A DNA stretch of 64,000 bases, taken from the NCBI GenBank assembly GCA_951406725.2, contig OX597821.1:44454001-44518000 (forward strand), in the 5' to 3' direction. The position numbers and the translations under genes were made by a program. Below the pieces are notes generated by a model that was given only the letters and a program-made list of their open reading frames with translations, did no database searches and was not told the DNA's origin. This DNA comes from Octopus vulgaris (taxonomy: Eukaryota). Of the stretch, positions 39,411-52,386 are shown piece after piece. How positions within the stretch are numbered: the stretch's first letter is position 1; every line of letters begins with the position of its first letter.

Positions 39411-39906
39411 GTGATGTGCCGGTGGCATGTAAAATGCACTATCTGAACATGGTCGATGCCAGTGACCCCTGTCTGGCTCCCATACCAGTGGCATGTAAAA
39501 AGCACTTACTACACTCTCAGAGTGGTCAGCATTAGGAAGGGCATCACAAAAACACATGTAATTTTATCGTTACTGCCACCTGTGGGGGTTTTACGAAGAA
39601 AGAAATAAAAGGGCAAGAACTCCTTGTTCAGTCATCTGCTCAGAATTTTTTGGGAACTTTCACCCAGAAAAATGCATATCTCAGGAATCTGTGGTCCGAT
39701 TTACTCAAAACTTGTTTTAATCTGTTTGTATTCACATTTCAGGGGCACTTTACTTTCAAAGTATTTTCCCATTACATGCCAGTTTGGCTGAGTAACATTC
39801 CAAGCAAGCAAATAAGATTGAAGTTCATTTTTAATGGTATATAGATATACATATATACATACATACCTACCTACATACATGCATTCATGTATGCATGCAT
39901 ACATAC

Positions 39907-39937
<31 letters not shown>

Positions 39938-40034
39938 CAAATATACATACATACCTACCTACATACATACATACATACATACATACATACATACATACAT
40001 ACATACACACACACCTACCTACATACATACATAC

Positions 40035-40590
40035 ATGGTGGCTGCCCCCTCGTTATCAAGTACGGCCATTGCGCGAAGCTTAATCAATGTTGTTATCGTG
40101 CAATGCCTGTGCAAGAAGATTTTTTTTTAAAGTGAGGAAAGGCTGTGCACTGAGTCAATCCCACTCACTAAGCAACAGCAGCCATAATCCGAAAAGAAGA
40201 ACAAGTCAACATCATCGGTAACCACTGAGCCGCAGGTTTTATGTTGGAGTTATCCCAGTTACCTGAGTTACCTTCTCCTAGAAGGATGCCCTAACAAAGG
40301 CTAGGAGTCCTTCACTCCCAATGGTTTAACCGCGCAATCGGGTATTCAGTCCGATTATTTCTATGTCCCCGCGCATGATACAGCCTTAAGACATTTATTG
40401 GATGGCTGTTGACTCCCAAGAGTTCCTCCGCCCTTTGACGGGTTTTGTTTTTCATGCCGCAGGGTGTCCAATAAACACCCTCCTCACCAAGCAAGCTTGG
40501 TAGGGTTGCCGGTTTAGTCGCCGACGACCCGACCATGCAACAGGTTGTACTGGGTTACATGTTACCAGTAGCACTCGAAAGTGACCTGAC
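40035..40590 (-). mobile_element. Non-autonomous RTE/BovB derivative (5'UTR joined to 3' tail), inserted in (CATA)n
   Basis: Minus strand has ggtcgggtcgtcggcgactaaacc and ctaggagaaggtaactc (RTE 5'UTR-like) and ends ttcgcgcaatggccgtacttgataacgagggggcagccacc; no ORF; CpG-rich. Confidence 0.6.
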
Positions 40591-42289
40591 ATACATACAT
40601 ACATATACATGTGTAAATATATCATCATCTTTTAATGTCCAGTTTCCATGCTGGCATGGGTTGGATGATTTGACCACAGCTGGCAAGCCAAGAGCTACAA
40701 CAAGTTTCAGTCTAATTTGGCTCAGTTTTTATCACTGGGTGGCCTTCCTAATACCAACCACTTTACAGTGTGTGCTGGGTGCTTTTAATATGGCACCAGC
40801 ATATATGTGCATACACAATCACACACATATTTATATTGAGAGAGAGAGTGTGTGTGTGTATGAGAGAGAGAGATGGAGGGAAGTGTGTGTGTCTGTAATA
40901 ATCTCTGATTCCTTTTATTGTTCCTTTCTCAAAGCCTTATGTATAAGTTTTTTTCTCTTGAATTACAACTATGTCAGTGTTTCTGAGTGTACGTGGTACA
41001 AAGAGGATAACCACTGATTTTGTAACAGAAATATTCGAGTAGACACATTTTTTTTTATTTCTTAATGATTGATGTATATTGTCATAAAAGCAATATTCAA
41101 TGTTAAGCCATAATCCTGTATGAGAAATCACATTTAGCTCTACCCATCTGTAAACTATAAATCTTTTTTAATTACTATTTAATTAAGTCATCGTTTACAT
41201 TAAATGTGGTGAACATAAAACATTTCATTAGAAATGATAATTATATAGTGAAGAAAATAAAACTTTAGCTCAACGACTAAATATTACTTTAACCTGTTTG
41301 TTGTGTATGGGAGACAACTCCAAACATGTTTAATCTTATTAAACCTTCTTAGGGGTAGTCTATGTCAATGACATCTCTGAATATTCAACCTCAGTGGTTT
41401 ATTTCATCACTACTGCAGTTTTATATTAGGGTTGTATTTATTATGTTTTTTTCCTCTCTACTGCTATGGCGTGAACAGATCTGCTATAGACTGTGGTGGT
41501 GGCAGCATTTTGTACTAGCCTGGGCATGATAAGTAATACTATAATATTATGATTTATATTTTATGTACAATAGAGGATGCATCCAAAGTACTGGAATAAA
41601 TCTAAATATCAGAAAGCCATGCTATGTTTTTGATATGTGGAAAGCAGAGATCAAGACTGCAGGTAGATTGTTTTGCAGCTTGTTGGCTACTACTCAAAGA
41701 CATACTTTGAATGGTGACAATAAAGACATACTTGAATGGTGACAATAAATAAAAACAATGAGACATTAATGATACCATGTAATTACTATTACAAGTTATA
41801 GTAACACAAACTATACGACTATAATTCTGTCACTTTGGTCTTTTGCCATGAAACAAAGGAGGATGCCTTCAAGATTGCGGCATTCAATTATGTTCATCTA
41901 TTAATAGTAACTGTACTTTAACTATTCAGTCTTTTGTACATCATAAAATTCCACAGATAAACCTTGATCAAATACGACTTGGAATAACTACATTCATATC
42001 CTGTTGGGCTTATAGACAGTGTTTACGGCTATTTGAGACACTCTAAACAGCATTCCATAAGAATGGAAAAATACTCAAGTAACTTGGTCAGTGAGTTCAA
42101 AACGATTGACTTTTATTTATTTAGATACTTTGAACTCTACCTTCAGATCATCCAACTTTTGTCAATATGTCTCTACCATAAATTTATGATCAGTGATGTT
42201 GAGAAAGTGGTTACTTTGGAGATAAATATGGGAAATACTTTCTATAATACTAACATCTGCTATAAAATGATGCTGGAGCTCTGAAAAAA

Positions 42290-43505
42290 ATCTACAGTGG
42301 AAATAGCTAGTAAGGTACAAGGATCGGACATACTACCTGACCAAGTTGGGGTTTGGGTTGAATTCAGCACCAAAGATTATGGCAACGATTCTCAAAACCA
42401 TCCTGGGAAAGGCTGACAAAGTGAAAAGAGCCATCAGTTTCTATATTGGTGACATCCTGGTGGACAAGAGTAAAGAAAGCCTGGTTGCAGGTGCGGGAGG
42501 ATCTGGAGCAAGGAGTGGCTGCCGTGACTGAATGACTCAGAGCTGTGGAGACTGCATACCATGCATTACATGGGGGTGGAAAAGACCCTGTTCCTAGCCA
42601 GGAAAGTTGACTTTGATGTGACTAGGCAGAGTGTGCAGAGAGTAGTTGGGAGCTGCAACAGGTACCAGTCCATTGACCCCACTCCGGGTGTGCATGAAGC
42701 AGGAAGCATTCCAGTGGAACACAACTGGAAATGACTGGCAGTGGATGTGACACACTACTGGCAGAGGACAAACCTCTTGATGGTCGACTGCAGACCAGGG
42801 CAGTTGGCCATATGGAGGGAGATGAAGACAGGGACCGCAGAGGAAATCACAAGAATATTAAATGAGATATTCCTAGAATGAGGCCCCATGGATGAGCTGC
42901 TTGTGGACAGTGGAACCGCTTTTCACTTGGAGGTGCTGAGGGAAATTCTCAAGAAGTGGCATGTTAGCCATTTCTTCAGGGCGGCACACTGGCCAAGTGA
43001 CAATGGGGTTGTGGAGAGGCATCATCACACCATCAATACCATAGCAGAGAGGAGCCACATCTCACTGGACGTATCCGGTTTTTGGAATAATATGTCGCCC
43101 AGGTCAGGACAGGCTGAGGAGTCAGTGTCACACAGGGCAATATTCAAGTACGAGTGGAGGCATCTGTGTACCGCAACCCACAGAAGAGGAAGAGCATGCC
43201 TTTGTGCAGGTCAGGGAAAAAGTCTGGGTTAAACATCCAAATGTGCGGTGCACATCACAATGGGGAAAGGAGACAATAACCTCTGTAAATTCAAGGAACA
43301 ATGTGTCAATAGATGGCACGCTGCATCATATTTTTGATGTGTGCAGGATCATCAATGTGACTGAGGATGGAGCCAACAGTAATGGACAAGAGGACGAAGC
43401 CAGCAGCAACATGCCAGGAACTAAGGCCAGTCCTGGAGTCCCACAGCAGTCACAGAGGGAGCAGTGCCCTCCTCACTGGTTGACTTATTATGAGACAAGT
43501 AAAGG
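42290..43505 (+). pseudogene. Gypsy/Ty3 pol remnant (RT piece fused by deletion to integrase)
   Basis: LGFGLNSAPKIM...FYIGDILVD; H..HYMG...C zinc motif; LAVDVTHY, ELLVDSGTAF, NGVVERHHHTI. Confidence 0.92.
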
Positions 43506-43860
43506 TGTGTGGTCAGGGTTGAGGAGAGGGTGCAGGCAGGCTGGTTGAATGATCTCCGGATCAGTGGGGCATGTGGTGTTATGAGTCAGGCTGTGTTGTA
43601 GGGAAGGACTGAAAGTGAGGGAGTACGCATGTCCTGTTGGAACTGGGGCCTGTGGGTCCCACTGAAAGAGCTGCAGTGGGCATGCAGGGTCAGCAAGGTG
43701 CAAGTGGTCAGTTGGTGGTGGACAACGTACAAGAGCAGACCTGTTAGATGGTACAGCAGCAGACAACAGAGCATGTGGATGTTGTGAGTGACCCTTCCAG
43801 ATTGACAGGTAAGACTACCGTAATTCTCTCTCTGCTTGTCTTTTGCCCCTTCACATCACA
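43506..43860 (+). repeat. Probable 3' LTR of the Gypsy remnant
   Basis: Follows a purine-rich tract; TGTG...CACA ends; GC-rich relative to flank. Confidence 0.55.
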
Positions 43861-44454
43861 ATAACATTGTGCAATAATTAAGTGGACATCAGCACCAGTA
43901 GAGTTTACCACCAACAATATACACAACAAAACTAATTCAGCATCAAATTCAGAAATTAACTTGATATTCAATAAATTCTTCAGTGACAACATTGTCAAAA
44001 CCTAACACACAACAAGTGAGAAAAGTTCAGTGTTCAAAATGTCCTTTCTTTCATTCACAATTAATTCAAAAGAGCTTGACTTAGTCACTTCTTAAGATAT
44101 TTCTTTTTTTGATCATCAATATCCTGATAGAAAGAGATTAGTCTTGATTATCATAATGTTAATATTTTGCATCCTAAGGTCCATCAATTATCTATCCTTT
44201 GCGATAGTGTCATATGTCTATATGAAGCCCATTTTCTTGCCCTTGCCAAGTATGTATTGGAAAATCTGTTGCAGTGCCATTAATAATAAAACAGGGGCCT
44301 AAACAGAGAGGTAACATATGTGTTTTAATTCACTTTAAAAAAGTCAGTTTAATCTTGTAGATTGTGAGGGTGAACTATGGTGGCAGGGAGTGATAGCATG
44401 AATTGGACTTGGGGTAACTTCTATATATTCTACATACTATCCAAACGATCAAGA

Positions 44455-44888
44455 TTACTCTTTTACTCTTTTACTTGTTTCAGTCATTTGACTGCAGCCA
44501 TGCTGATGCACCGCCTTTAAGGATGAAAGGTAAAGTCAACTTCAGTGGAAGGTGGCGAGCTAGCAGAATCGTTAGCACACCAGGCGAAATGCTTAGCGTT
44601 ATGTTGTCTGCCGTTACATTCTGAGTTCAAATTCTGCCGAGGTCGACTTTACCTTTCATCCTTTCGGGGTCGATTAAATAAGTACCAGTTACGCAATGGA
44701 GTCGATATAATCGACTTAATCCGTTCGTCTGTCCCTGTTTGTCCCCTCTGTGTTTAGCCCCTTGTGGGTAGTAAAGAAATAGGTAAAGTCAACCTCAGCG
44801 GCATTTGAACTCAGAATGTAAAGACAGGTGAAATACTGCTAAGCATTTTGTCCGACGTGCTAACGATTCTGCCACCAGGTCGCCTTAC
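44455..44888. mobile_element. SINE nest: family A tail (-), family C (-) interrupted by family C (+, 44549-44780) with 21-bp TSD
   Basis: aggtaaagtcaacttcagtgg (44528-44548) vs aggtaaagtcaacctcagcgg (44781-44801). Confidence 0.88.
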
Positions 44889-45139
44889 TGTATACAAAGT
44901 TAGAAATAGACTGCAACAGTACTTAAGTAACAGGAATACTCACTGATATATGAGCAAAAGTTTTCAGAGGAGGGCAAAGACAGAACCTAATCTTTTTAGC
45001 CCCACCAAATTTTTAAGTTGATGAAAAAACAAAAGATCATAGAACAATTTGATTAAGCTAAAACTGTAATATTGGTACAAGAACAAATATATTGGAAACA
45101 TTTTTTTATTATGAAATTACAATATTTGATAAAATTAAG

Positions 45140-45345
45140 GTGTCAAGGTAGCAGAATCATTAACAAATGTCAGGCAAATGTTTGGCAGAATTTCATCCAC
45201 CTTTACTTTCTAAGTTCAAATTTCACCAAGGTCATCTTTTCATCCTTTTGGGGTAAACAAAATAAGTTCCAGTTGAGCACTGGGGTTGATGTAATTGACT
45301 TAGCCTCAAAACTGCTGGCCTTCTGCCAAAACTTGAAACCAATAT
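45140..45345 (+). mobile_element. Old Nin/Deu-domain SINE
   Basis: aagttcaaatttcaccaaggtcatcttttcatccttttgggg...actggggttgatgtaattgact. Confidence 0.7.
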
Positions 45346-45461
45346 TTGATAAAATTGTTGAGACTTAACACTACTGTTCTATATTTAAGAGATGAGGAAT
45401 TATATAGATTATTTACCTTATTTACATTTGACGGAAATTTGTCCTCATCTTGTTTGTTGTT

Positions 45462-45507
45462 AACACAACGTTTTAGCTGATATACCCTCCAGCCTTCATC
45501 AGGTGTC
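45462..45507 (-). ncRNA. Hammerhead ribozyme in left pLTR (GAAA mutated to AAAA)
   Basis: gacac-CTGATGA-aggctg gagggtatat cagct-AAAA-cg-TT-gtgtt. Confidence 0.7.
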
Positions 45508-45554
45508 TTGGGGAAATTTCAACCCTGGGTTCTCATTCCTAAGGTATTTTTCGA

Positions 45555-45602
<48 letters not shown>

Positions 45603-46217
45603 TGTCACTGCCTGGAATCGAACTCGGAATCTTGGGGTTAGTATCCCATGCTCTTAACCACTACAATTTTAAAGAAAAGAGAGGATGAAACCAATGAACT
45701 GCCCACAGTCTCTCTACCCATGTGAAAGGCCTATCCAAAAAGATACAAAAGGTAAGTGACCCATATGACATCAGAACACTATTCAAGAGTAATACAACAC
45801 TTCACAAATATCTCCTTCAAGTAAAACCACCAATAGAAGAGAATATGACCAAAAACTGCGTGTACTCCATCCCATGCCGCTGTGGTAGGTTATACAAAGG
45901 CGAAACGTGCCGCCCCTCAAAATAAGGGTAGACAAACATCACGAAGCTGTGACACAAGGAAATATTGATAAATCAGGTATAGCTGATCATGTATGGTAAA
46001 ATACAGACCACCTCCCCTTGTGGGATGAAGTTAAAATAATAGACAGAGAACACCACTGGAAAACATGAAAACTAAAAGGAACAGCACATATGCTAGGACA
46101 CAACAACCGCCTGAGCAGACTGAGTGCACATATGAACATCATATGGGAACCGGTATTAAGGAAGGATAGGAGAATATTAGATTTATAAGCCCTAAAATTC
46201 ACTCAATAATTGTCCAC

Positions 46218-46278
46218 AGGTATATGACATAGTGGTTAAGTGCGTGGGCTACTAACCCCAAGATTCCAAGTTCGATTC
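46218..46278 (+). promoter_or_regulatory. tRNA-derived Pol III type-2 promoter-like head inside the pLTR (inverted copy at 45604-45664)
   Basis: A-box tgacatagtgg, anticodon-like arm ggg-ctACTaa-ccc, B-box gttcgattc. Confidence 0.75.
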
Positions 46279-46312
<34 letters not shown>

Positions 46313-46413
46313 GCAACAACAACAACAATAATAATAATAATAATTATAATTATAATAATAATGATATCGATACATACCTTAGGAATGAGAACCTAGGATC
46401 AAAATTTCCCCAA

Positions 46414-46457
46414 GACACCTGATGAAGGCCGGAGGGTATATCAGCCGAAACATGTTA
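46414..46457 (+). ncRNA. Hammerhead ribozyme in right pLTR (cleavage-site region damaged)
   Basis: gacac-CTGATGA-aggccg gagggtatat cagcc-GAAA-catgtt. Confidence 0.7.
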
Positions 46458-47776
46458 ACAATAAACAAGATGAGGACAAGCATTTGTCAAATATAAATAA
46501 TATAAATAATTAAACACAACTGTCATCTCAAGGAAAGAAGTTTAAACACAAGCTCAGTAAAGAAAAGATTTCCTATTCTTCATAAAGTTGAATATATTGA
46601 TAATTTTGGCAATATCTTCATGAAAAACTAGATTCACATATGTCAATTCAACAAATATCGCAGTCAAGTCATATTGTCCCTTAGGGTTCCATAGATAACT
46701 TCTTGGGGTACTAAAAGAGCACTAAGAAATACACTTGGCATAAATCAATGGAAAATTTAGATTGCAATTCTTACAAAATATCCAATCTCAGAAAGCTAGC
46801 ATCTTTGTCAAGAAAAGACAACTACTTCAATCATCCAAATGAATTTTGAACAAGGTTTACACTTGAATTTTTGCCAGAAAAAATTGAACCTTGCTTAAAT
46901 CAATTCCAACTGTCTCGTATATAAGAAATAATAAAGGGACAATATAAATTAGGAAGGGAAAGCAGAACAAGCTTAACTTGGAGAAAATGAAGGAAGACAA
47001 ATTAAATTTGTTAACAAATGACAAAATAATTAGGCTGTCATCATTGAACAAGACATCAGAACAATATACATGGCTTCATTGTAGGGTAATAATGGATAAT
47101 AACTATGATAAAATGAGAATGTAGGACAACAGGCAGCAAAATGTGTACTTTTAGATATCAATAGCTAATATATGATTTCAAAATTGAGTTGGAGGCTAGC
47201 AAAGTACTTTCATAAAGACAACAATAAAAGGAATGAATTTACTGACGGGTAGCAGGGGCTGTGTGTGTGTGTTACAGGCATCATATAGGTATACTGGTTT
47301 ATATAGGGACTGCACATTATTGCCATTGTACACATATACTGATATACACAAAAGCTGTATGTTATAGCTATCATACATGTATGCTGGTATGGCTTTTGCA
47401 AAGTTATACATTAAAATAACCACAAACAAGAATGTATTGTTTATTCTGTGTTAATAATCTACAATGTGAAGGAAAGCATAATCCACCATTCGAGTCCAGA
47501 TCTCATTTGTTGCCTAACGAGAATCCCTTTTCTGTTGACCAGTTCAATAATTAGTCTGCAGTAAAGGTCCTTGCCTACAGTTCATCTCTTTCAAGTTCAC
47601 AGGTAATGCCCTGTAATGGTGTATATAAAGGCTATGTATTATGGCCATCAGATGGACTTTCTGATTAAAGAAGTGAAAGAGGAACTCCAAGAAACAAGCT
47701 ATAACAGTCAAGTGTACTATAGAAGTCATGTGGGTATACATTAGTTCCTGCTAACCTTTAGGTAATATCTTCTCCT

Positions 47777-47931
47777 TGTGGTAAGTAGCTTGCTAACCAA
47801 CCACATGGTTCCGGGTTCAGTCCCACTGCGTGGCATCTTGGGCAAGTGTCTTCTGCTATAGCCCCAGGCCGACCAATACCTTGTGAGTGGATTTGGTAGA
47901 CGGAAACTGAAAGAAGCCTGTCATATATATG

Positions 47932-47962
<31 letters not shown>

Positions 47963-48172
47963 TTGTGTGTCTGTGTTTGTCCCCCTAGCATTGCTTGACA
48001 ACCGATGCTGGTGTGTTTACATCCCCGTCACTTAGCGGTTCGGCAAAAGAGACCGATAGAATAAGTACTGGGCTTACAAAGAATAAGTCCCGGGGTCGAT
48101 TTGCTCGACTAAAGGCGGTGCTCCAGCATGGCCGCAGTCAAATGACTGAAACAAGTAAAAGAGTAAAAGAGT
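47777..48172 (+). mobile_element. Young SINE family A copy
   Basis: Nearly identical to the reverse complement of 62563-62960; CpGs retained. Confidence 0.95.
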
Positions 48173-48436
48173 CTGTCTTTGTGTAATATCATCAACCCAA
48201 TTCTTGTTCACCATGGGTTCTGGATCACAATATAGTCACTGCATACTTTAAAATGGTCTTTGGTCAAGTGACAGACACCAGCTAATATGGAATGCCACTA
48301 CCAGCATCAAACTACCAGTCTTACAAAATGAATTCGAAAGGAAAAACAAGGGGAAGCAGAACAACTTAAACAAGAGGACACACACACACAATAAATTAAA
48401 GAGTATGTAGATTGGAATAGATATTTTATATATTCA

Positions 48437-48818
48437 CTAGCAGTATCGCCCGGCGTTGCTCGGGTTTGTAAGGGAAATAACTATAAAGCATTTTTAGAGA
48501 GTTATAGCCAAAAAATAGCAAAAAAATAGAAAAAAATGATGGTAAATTTTTTTTGAGAGTTAAAAAGGTCGAGTTGCGTCCCCTAGACAGTCTGTGGTTT
48601 GTGTTTCTGATTCTCGACCCCATGTCGAATTTATCGATATTTTTCAGAACTGGGGAACTTTTCCAAATTTTCGTTGCGTTAGTTTTGAATTATGACATTG
48701 GGCTATGTGTGTGTCAAGTTTCATCAGAATCGGTTGAAAGCCGTGGTCAGGGTGAGGGTACAACCTAACAGACTCACAGACACGCAGACAGACAAACTGC
48801 CGTTTATATAGAGAGAGA
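48437..48818 (-). mobile_element. Non-autonomous Helitron
   Basis: A|TCTCTCTCTATATAAA 5' end; 3' hairpin cccgagcaacgccggg then atactgCTAG|T. Confidence 0.9.
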
Positions 48819-49050
48819 TTTCATGCATGCACAGGTACACACACACACACACTTACATGTGTATGTATGTGTGTGTGTATTAATCGAAGTATACAGTATC
48901 ATAGATCCATTACAGCTAATTTTACCAATCAGTTTTGCACTGGATATAAGGAAACTGAATGGTTATCTAATAACTGTGCTCATCATATGTAACAAGATGA
49001 AGGTCTCAGGAACATTTGAGGGGTGTCTGTCTTATCTTGTTACATACAAT

Positions 49051-49446
49051 TGTTGAAGAGAGAACCAAAATCCGACTGTCTTCAATAGCAATGAATAATA
49101 ATTTATTTTCTGGGTTTCACAGATAAAAATATATACACATATATTTCTTAAGGGCGAGCCGGCAACCTAGTCCACAAAACTGTTTATAAATGTTCACTTG
49201 TGTGAGCCAAGAAGATACTGTCTCTGTTCCTGCTTCAAAGAGAGCTTCTCTATGTGTAGGGTTTTCCCTGAGAGAAGTTTTAGTCACGGCCGCTCATTAG
49301 GGCTGCTCTTCCAAAAGGAAAGATTTAGCAGGAACGCTTTCAGTTTGCAGTTCCTGCGCATGCGCATGAAGGAACTTCTGGCGGCCTACCGGAAATAATC
49401 CAACTCTGCGCATGCGCGCTGAAACTTCCAAAATAGCGTCACTACA
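49051..49446 (-). mobile_element. Probable solo LTR
   Basis: Minus strand TGTAGTG...CAACA, AATAAA near its 3' end, CpG-rich; no clear TSD. Confidence 0.6.
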
Positions 49447-51005
49447 TATATATATGTGTGTGTGTGTGTGAGTGTATGTGTGTATACATATATACGTATG
49501 AGAGGGGTAACCACTATGTGGACACCCTTATGCTAGAAATAGATCTGCTATGGTCTTACCACTAAGAAATGTTCTCAAAAAAAAAATTCAGCAAACAACC
49601 AAAACATAATCGTTTTGGAGGAGGAGGAGGAGGATAGACACAGTTCAAATTAATATTGCCATCTTAACAAGAATATTCCCTTGTGTTCTTCATATGGTTA
49701 TCAACTCTCAGAACAGCAAGGGACTCCACAACATCACCTTATTGTTCTTTATGAATCTAAACACTTATTCCCTTACATTAAAATATCTAGGAAATCAAAT
49801 TCTATGTCCTCTTTAAGAATTATGTTTGTCATGGTTTCTCAAAGTTGTAATCAATCAAAGAAGTTCTACTTATGCAAATTTGGGAAAACAGCAGAACATT
49901 TTCTAATAAATAGCAATTAATTCAATTAGAGTCACTAAAACGTTAATGAATATGTAATTAAACAAATATATTTTCGATGTGTGCAGCCAGAATTCTTAAT
50001 TTAATGCTTTTAAATTAATGAAGTTTAACATGGATTTCTAACATTAACACAAACCAACAGACTATAAAAGAGTGCATGATCAATCAAACAGAACACAGTA
50101 TATAACTGGTATTTATTTATTGACCTGTGGGTATAGGGGCATGATTATTGTGAAATTAACCTTGGTGAGATTTCAGTTCAGATATAGAAGACATTTTCTT
50201 CCTGTGCTCTACTAACCCTATCATTATATGTCTGATGAATCTGTATTTCAACTGAGTTATTCTAAAGCTCTGAGATTCTCTGAGCTATCTACTCTGTCAG
50301 CTCTCAGTTCCTGGAATGTATCTACTCTGCCTTGAGCCATATGATTAATCTAGTAAAATTGACCCAGTCTACTACTACTATTACTGCTGCTACTGCTATT
50401 ACTAATATCATTACCATCACCACTACAACTACTACCACTGCCAATGCTGCTATTACTACCACAAATATTACTAGTTAACATTACCAGTACTACAACTATT
50501 ACTATCATTTGTACTACTAATAACACCACCACCATCACTACTACTACAACTACTACTGCTACTACTACTACTACTACTATAAACTTGAATATTTCTGAAC
50601 AATTTTGAAGAAATTCTTTAAATATTTAATTCTGAAAAACAAAATCAATAATATTGAAGAATATTGTTTTTGTTGTTATTGCTGTTACTTAGCAACCACT
50701 ACTACAATTGCTGCCAATGTTACTACTACTACTACTACTACCACTGTTTATTGTTTTGAAAATATAACAGCTTTCTTGTTATTTGTTGTTTCTATGTGTA
50801 TTTCTATTTTAATTTTTTTCTTCATTTTTGTTGTAAAAGTTTTCCCTGTGGATCGATTACCATGAGAAGGAACATGATTTTTCAGATCACTTGATGGATT
50901 TTATTCTGGAATTTTCGAAAACAAAATTACTAAATTACAAGCTCCATATCATTATCTGAGGTTAGCCGCTTTATAATTAAATAAATTATTATCTTGAAAA
51001 ATCTT

Positions 51006-51104
51006 TCAAAAACGAATTATTTTCAGTAAAATTGTACCACAAGAAGCTGGAGCTGTTGGGAATAATAAGCAGTTAGTTGCTGTCTTTAATTCTACTTCTA
51101 ACGT
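51006..51104 (-). CDS. Candidate exon (TLEVELKTATNCLLFPTAPASCG...), 3' boundary uncertain
   Basis: Strong polypyrimidine acceptor tttttcccctctctttttctgtatggcag; phase 0 matches the end of the 53660 exon. Confidence 0.3.
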   Translation of the reverse strand, partial: TLEVELKTATNCLLFPTAPASCGTILLKIIRF

Positions 51105-52386
51105 CTGCCATACAGAAAAAGAGAGGGGAAAAAGTATTTCTGATGATTCAGAGCATAATTTATTGAGGAATTACACTAACAACAACAATATCAACACGAA
51201 AAATGATGAATTCCTGTCAACAGCAGTAATTTTGCAGGGAGGGGATTAGCCATTACATCTTCCCCAGTTTCCAGGCTCCCTCTGTTCAAATCTTTTCAAG
51301 AATTTTTTTTTTTTTTTTCACTTGTCATGTTTAATGCATACATTTGGTAATTTTAGCATTTACTTCCAAGAGTAATCACATCCAGCCTTCCTAGCAGTAA
51401 ATAAGGGGCTGGTTAGACTCTTTGTAGTATGCATGAAGTGCATTAATAAATTAATGTTTTGTTTCTTTTCAGTAACAGGTTTGAATTTTGTGGGTCTGGA
51501 AGAGTCAACAGGAATTCATTCTCTAGCATTCTTCCATGAAAAATTCTGTAGCTACAGATTCTTTTGAGTTATCAGAAATTGCCAAAATTTTCTGTCTCTC
51601 TTACTGGAAGGGCTTATTTTATACTGAAGCTTCTCCATGTTTTCATTTGTAAAATGATTAAGAGACATTCATCCTCGTAAGGAGAAGGTACCTAAGTCAT
51701 TACTATCAAGTGACGAAACAACTCGGCTCTGTTTAAGTAAATTGTAGTAATGACTCTACAGTCTGCTTTGATATAAAAGTCACGACACTAGCATAGAGTT
51801 TAGTGACTTAGGCATAGCAACACAATTTACCCCCTAATATATACCTGGTATTGATTAATTAATTCTTGGGTGATGTGGTAGTGAAAGGTAGAATCATAAA
51901 AGCAAAACAAAATCATGTAGAATATGTTGATGCACAGGGCAGAATTTGAACCTTTGAAATATCACTTCAAAACCAAGGGTCATCTTAAACACTGAGTGTA
52001 AAATCTGAACCTTAACATGCTGTGGTTTAGAGCATCACCAATGGCCAAGGAGAACAGCCTAAAGCATTCGCATTGCTCCTACAGTCCTAGAACAGATAAA
52101 ACCTTCTATGACTGGCCAATCACAATAAATTTTTATATAACAGAAGGTTACAAGCCCTTTGGGGCCGGCTCTGTGTACTGGTGTCATTATTATTTTCAAT
52201 AATAAATGAAACAGGCAGATTTTATACATGTTTTACTTTTTTATTTACATCTTAGAACTGTGCTGCTTATACATACAATTAAAGGGACTTGATCCAATGT
52301 TATATTCTGTTGCAGCTGGTAAAATATATTTATAAGTACGTTACAAGTTTTGGCTTTGGTTCAACATATATCAAAACATTTGGCTT

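Larger units (their letters stand above)
45368..46510 (+). mobile_element. Penelope-like element: GIY-YIG endonuclease remnant between inverted pseudo-LTRs
   Basis: KNCVYSIPCRCGRLYKGETCRP/KIRVDKH...SGIADHVW...WDEVKIIDRE (45690-46160); 45398-45664 is the reverse complement of ~46228-46510. Confidence 0.92.

Noticed and set aside
41696-41749. 25-26-bp tandem duplication (also 24 bp at ~16478-16525)
   Set aside because: Ordinary slippage duplications.
50886-50960. Plus-strand 75-nt symmetric exon (SLDGFYSGIFENKITKLQAPYHYL)
   Set aside because: Weak donor (GTTAGC), no recognisable homology, and it competes with a stronger minus-strand acceptor nearby; not excluded.
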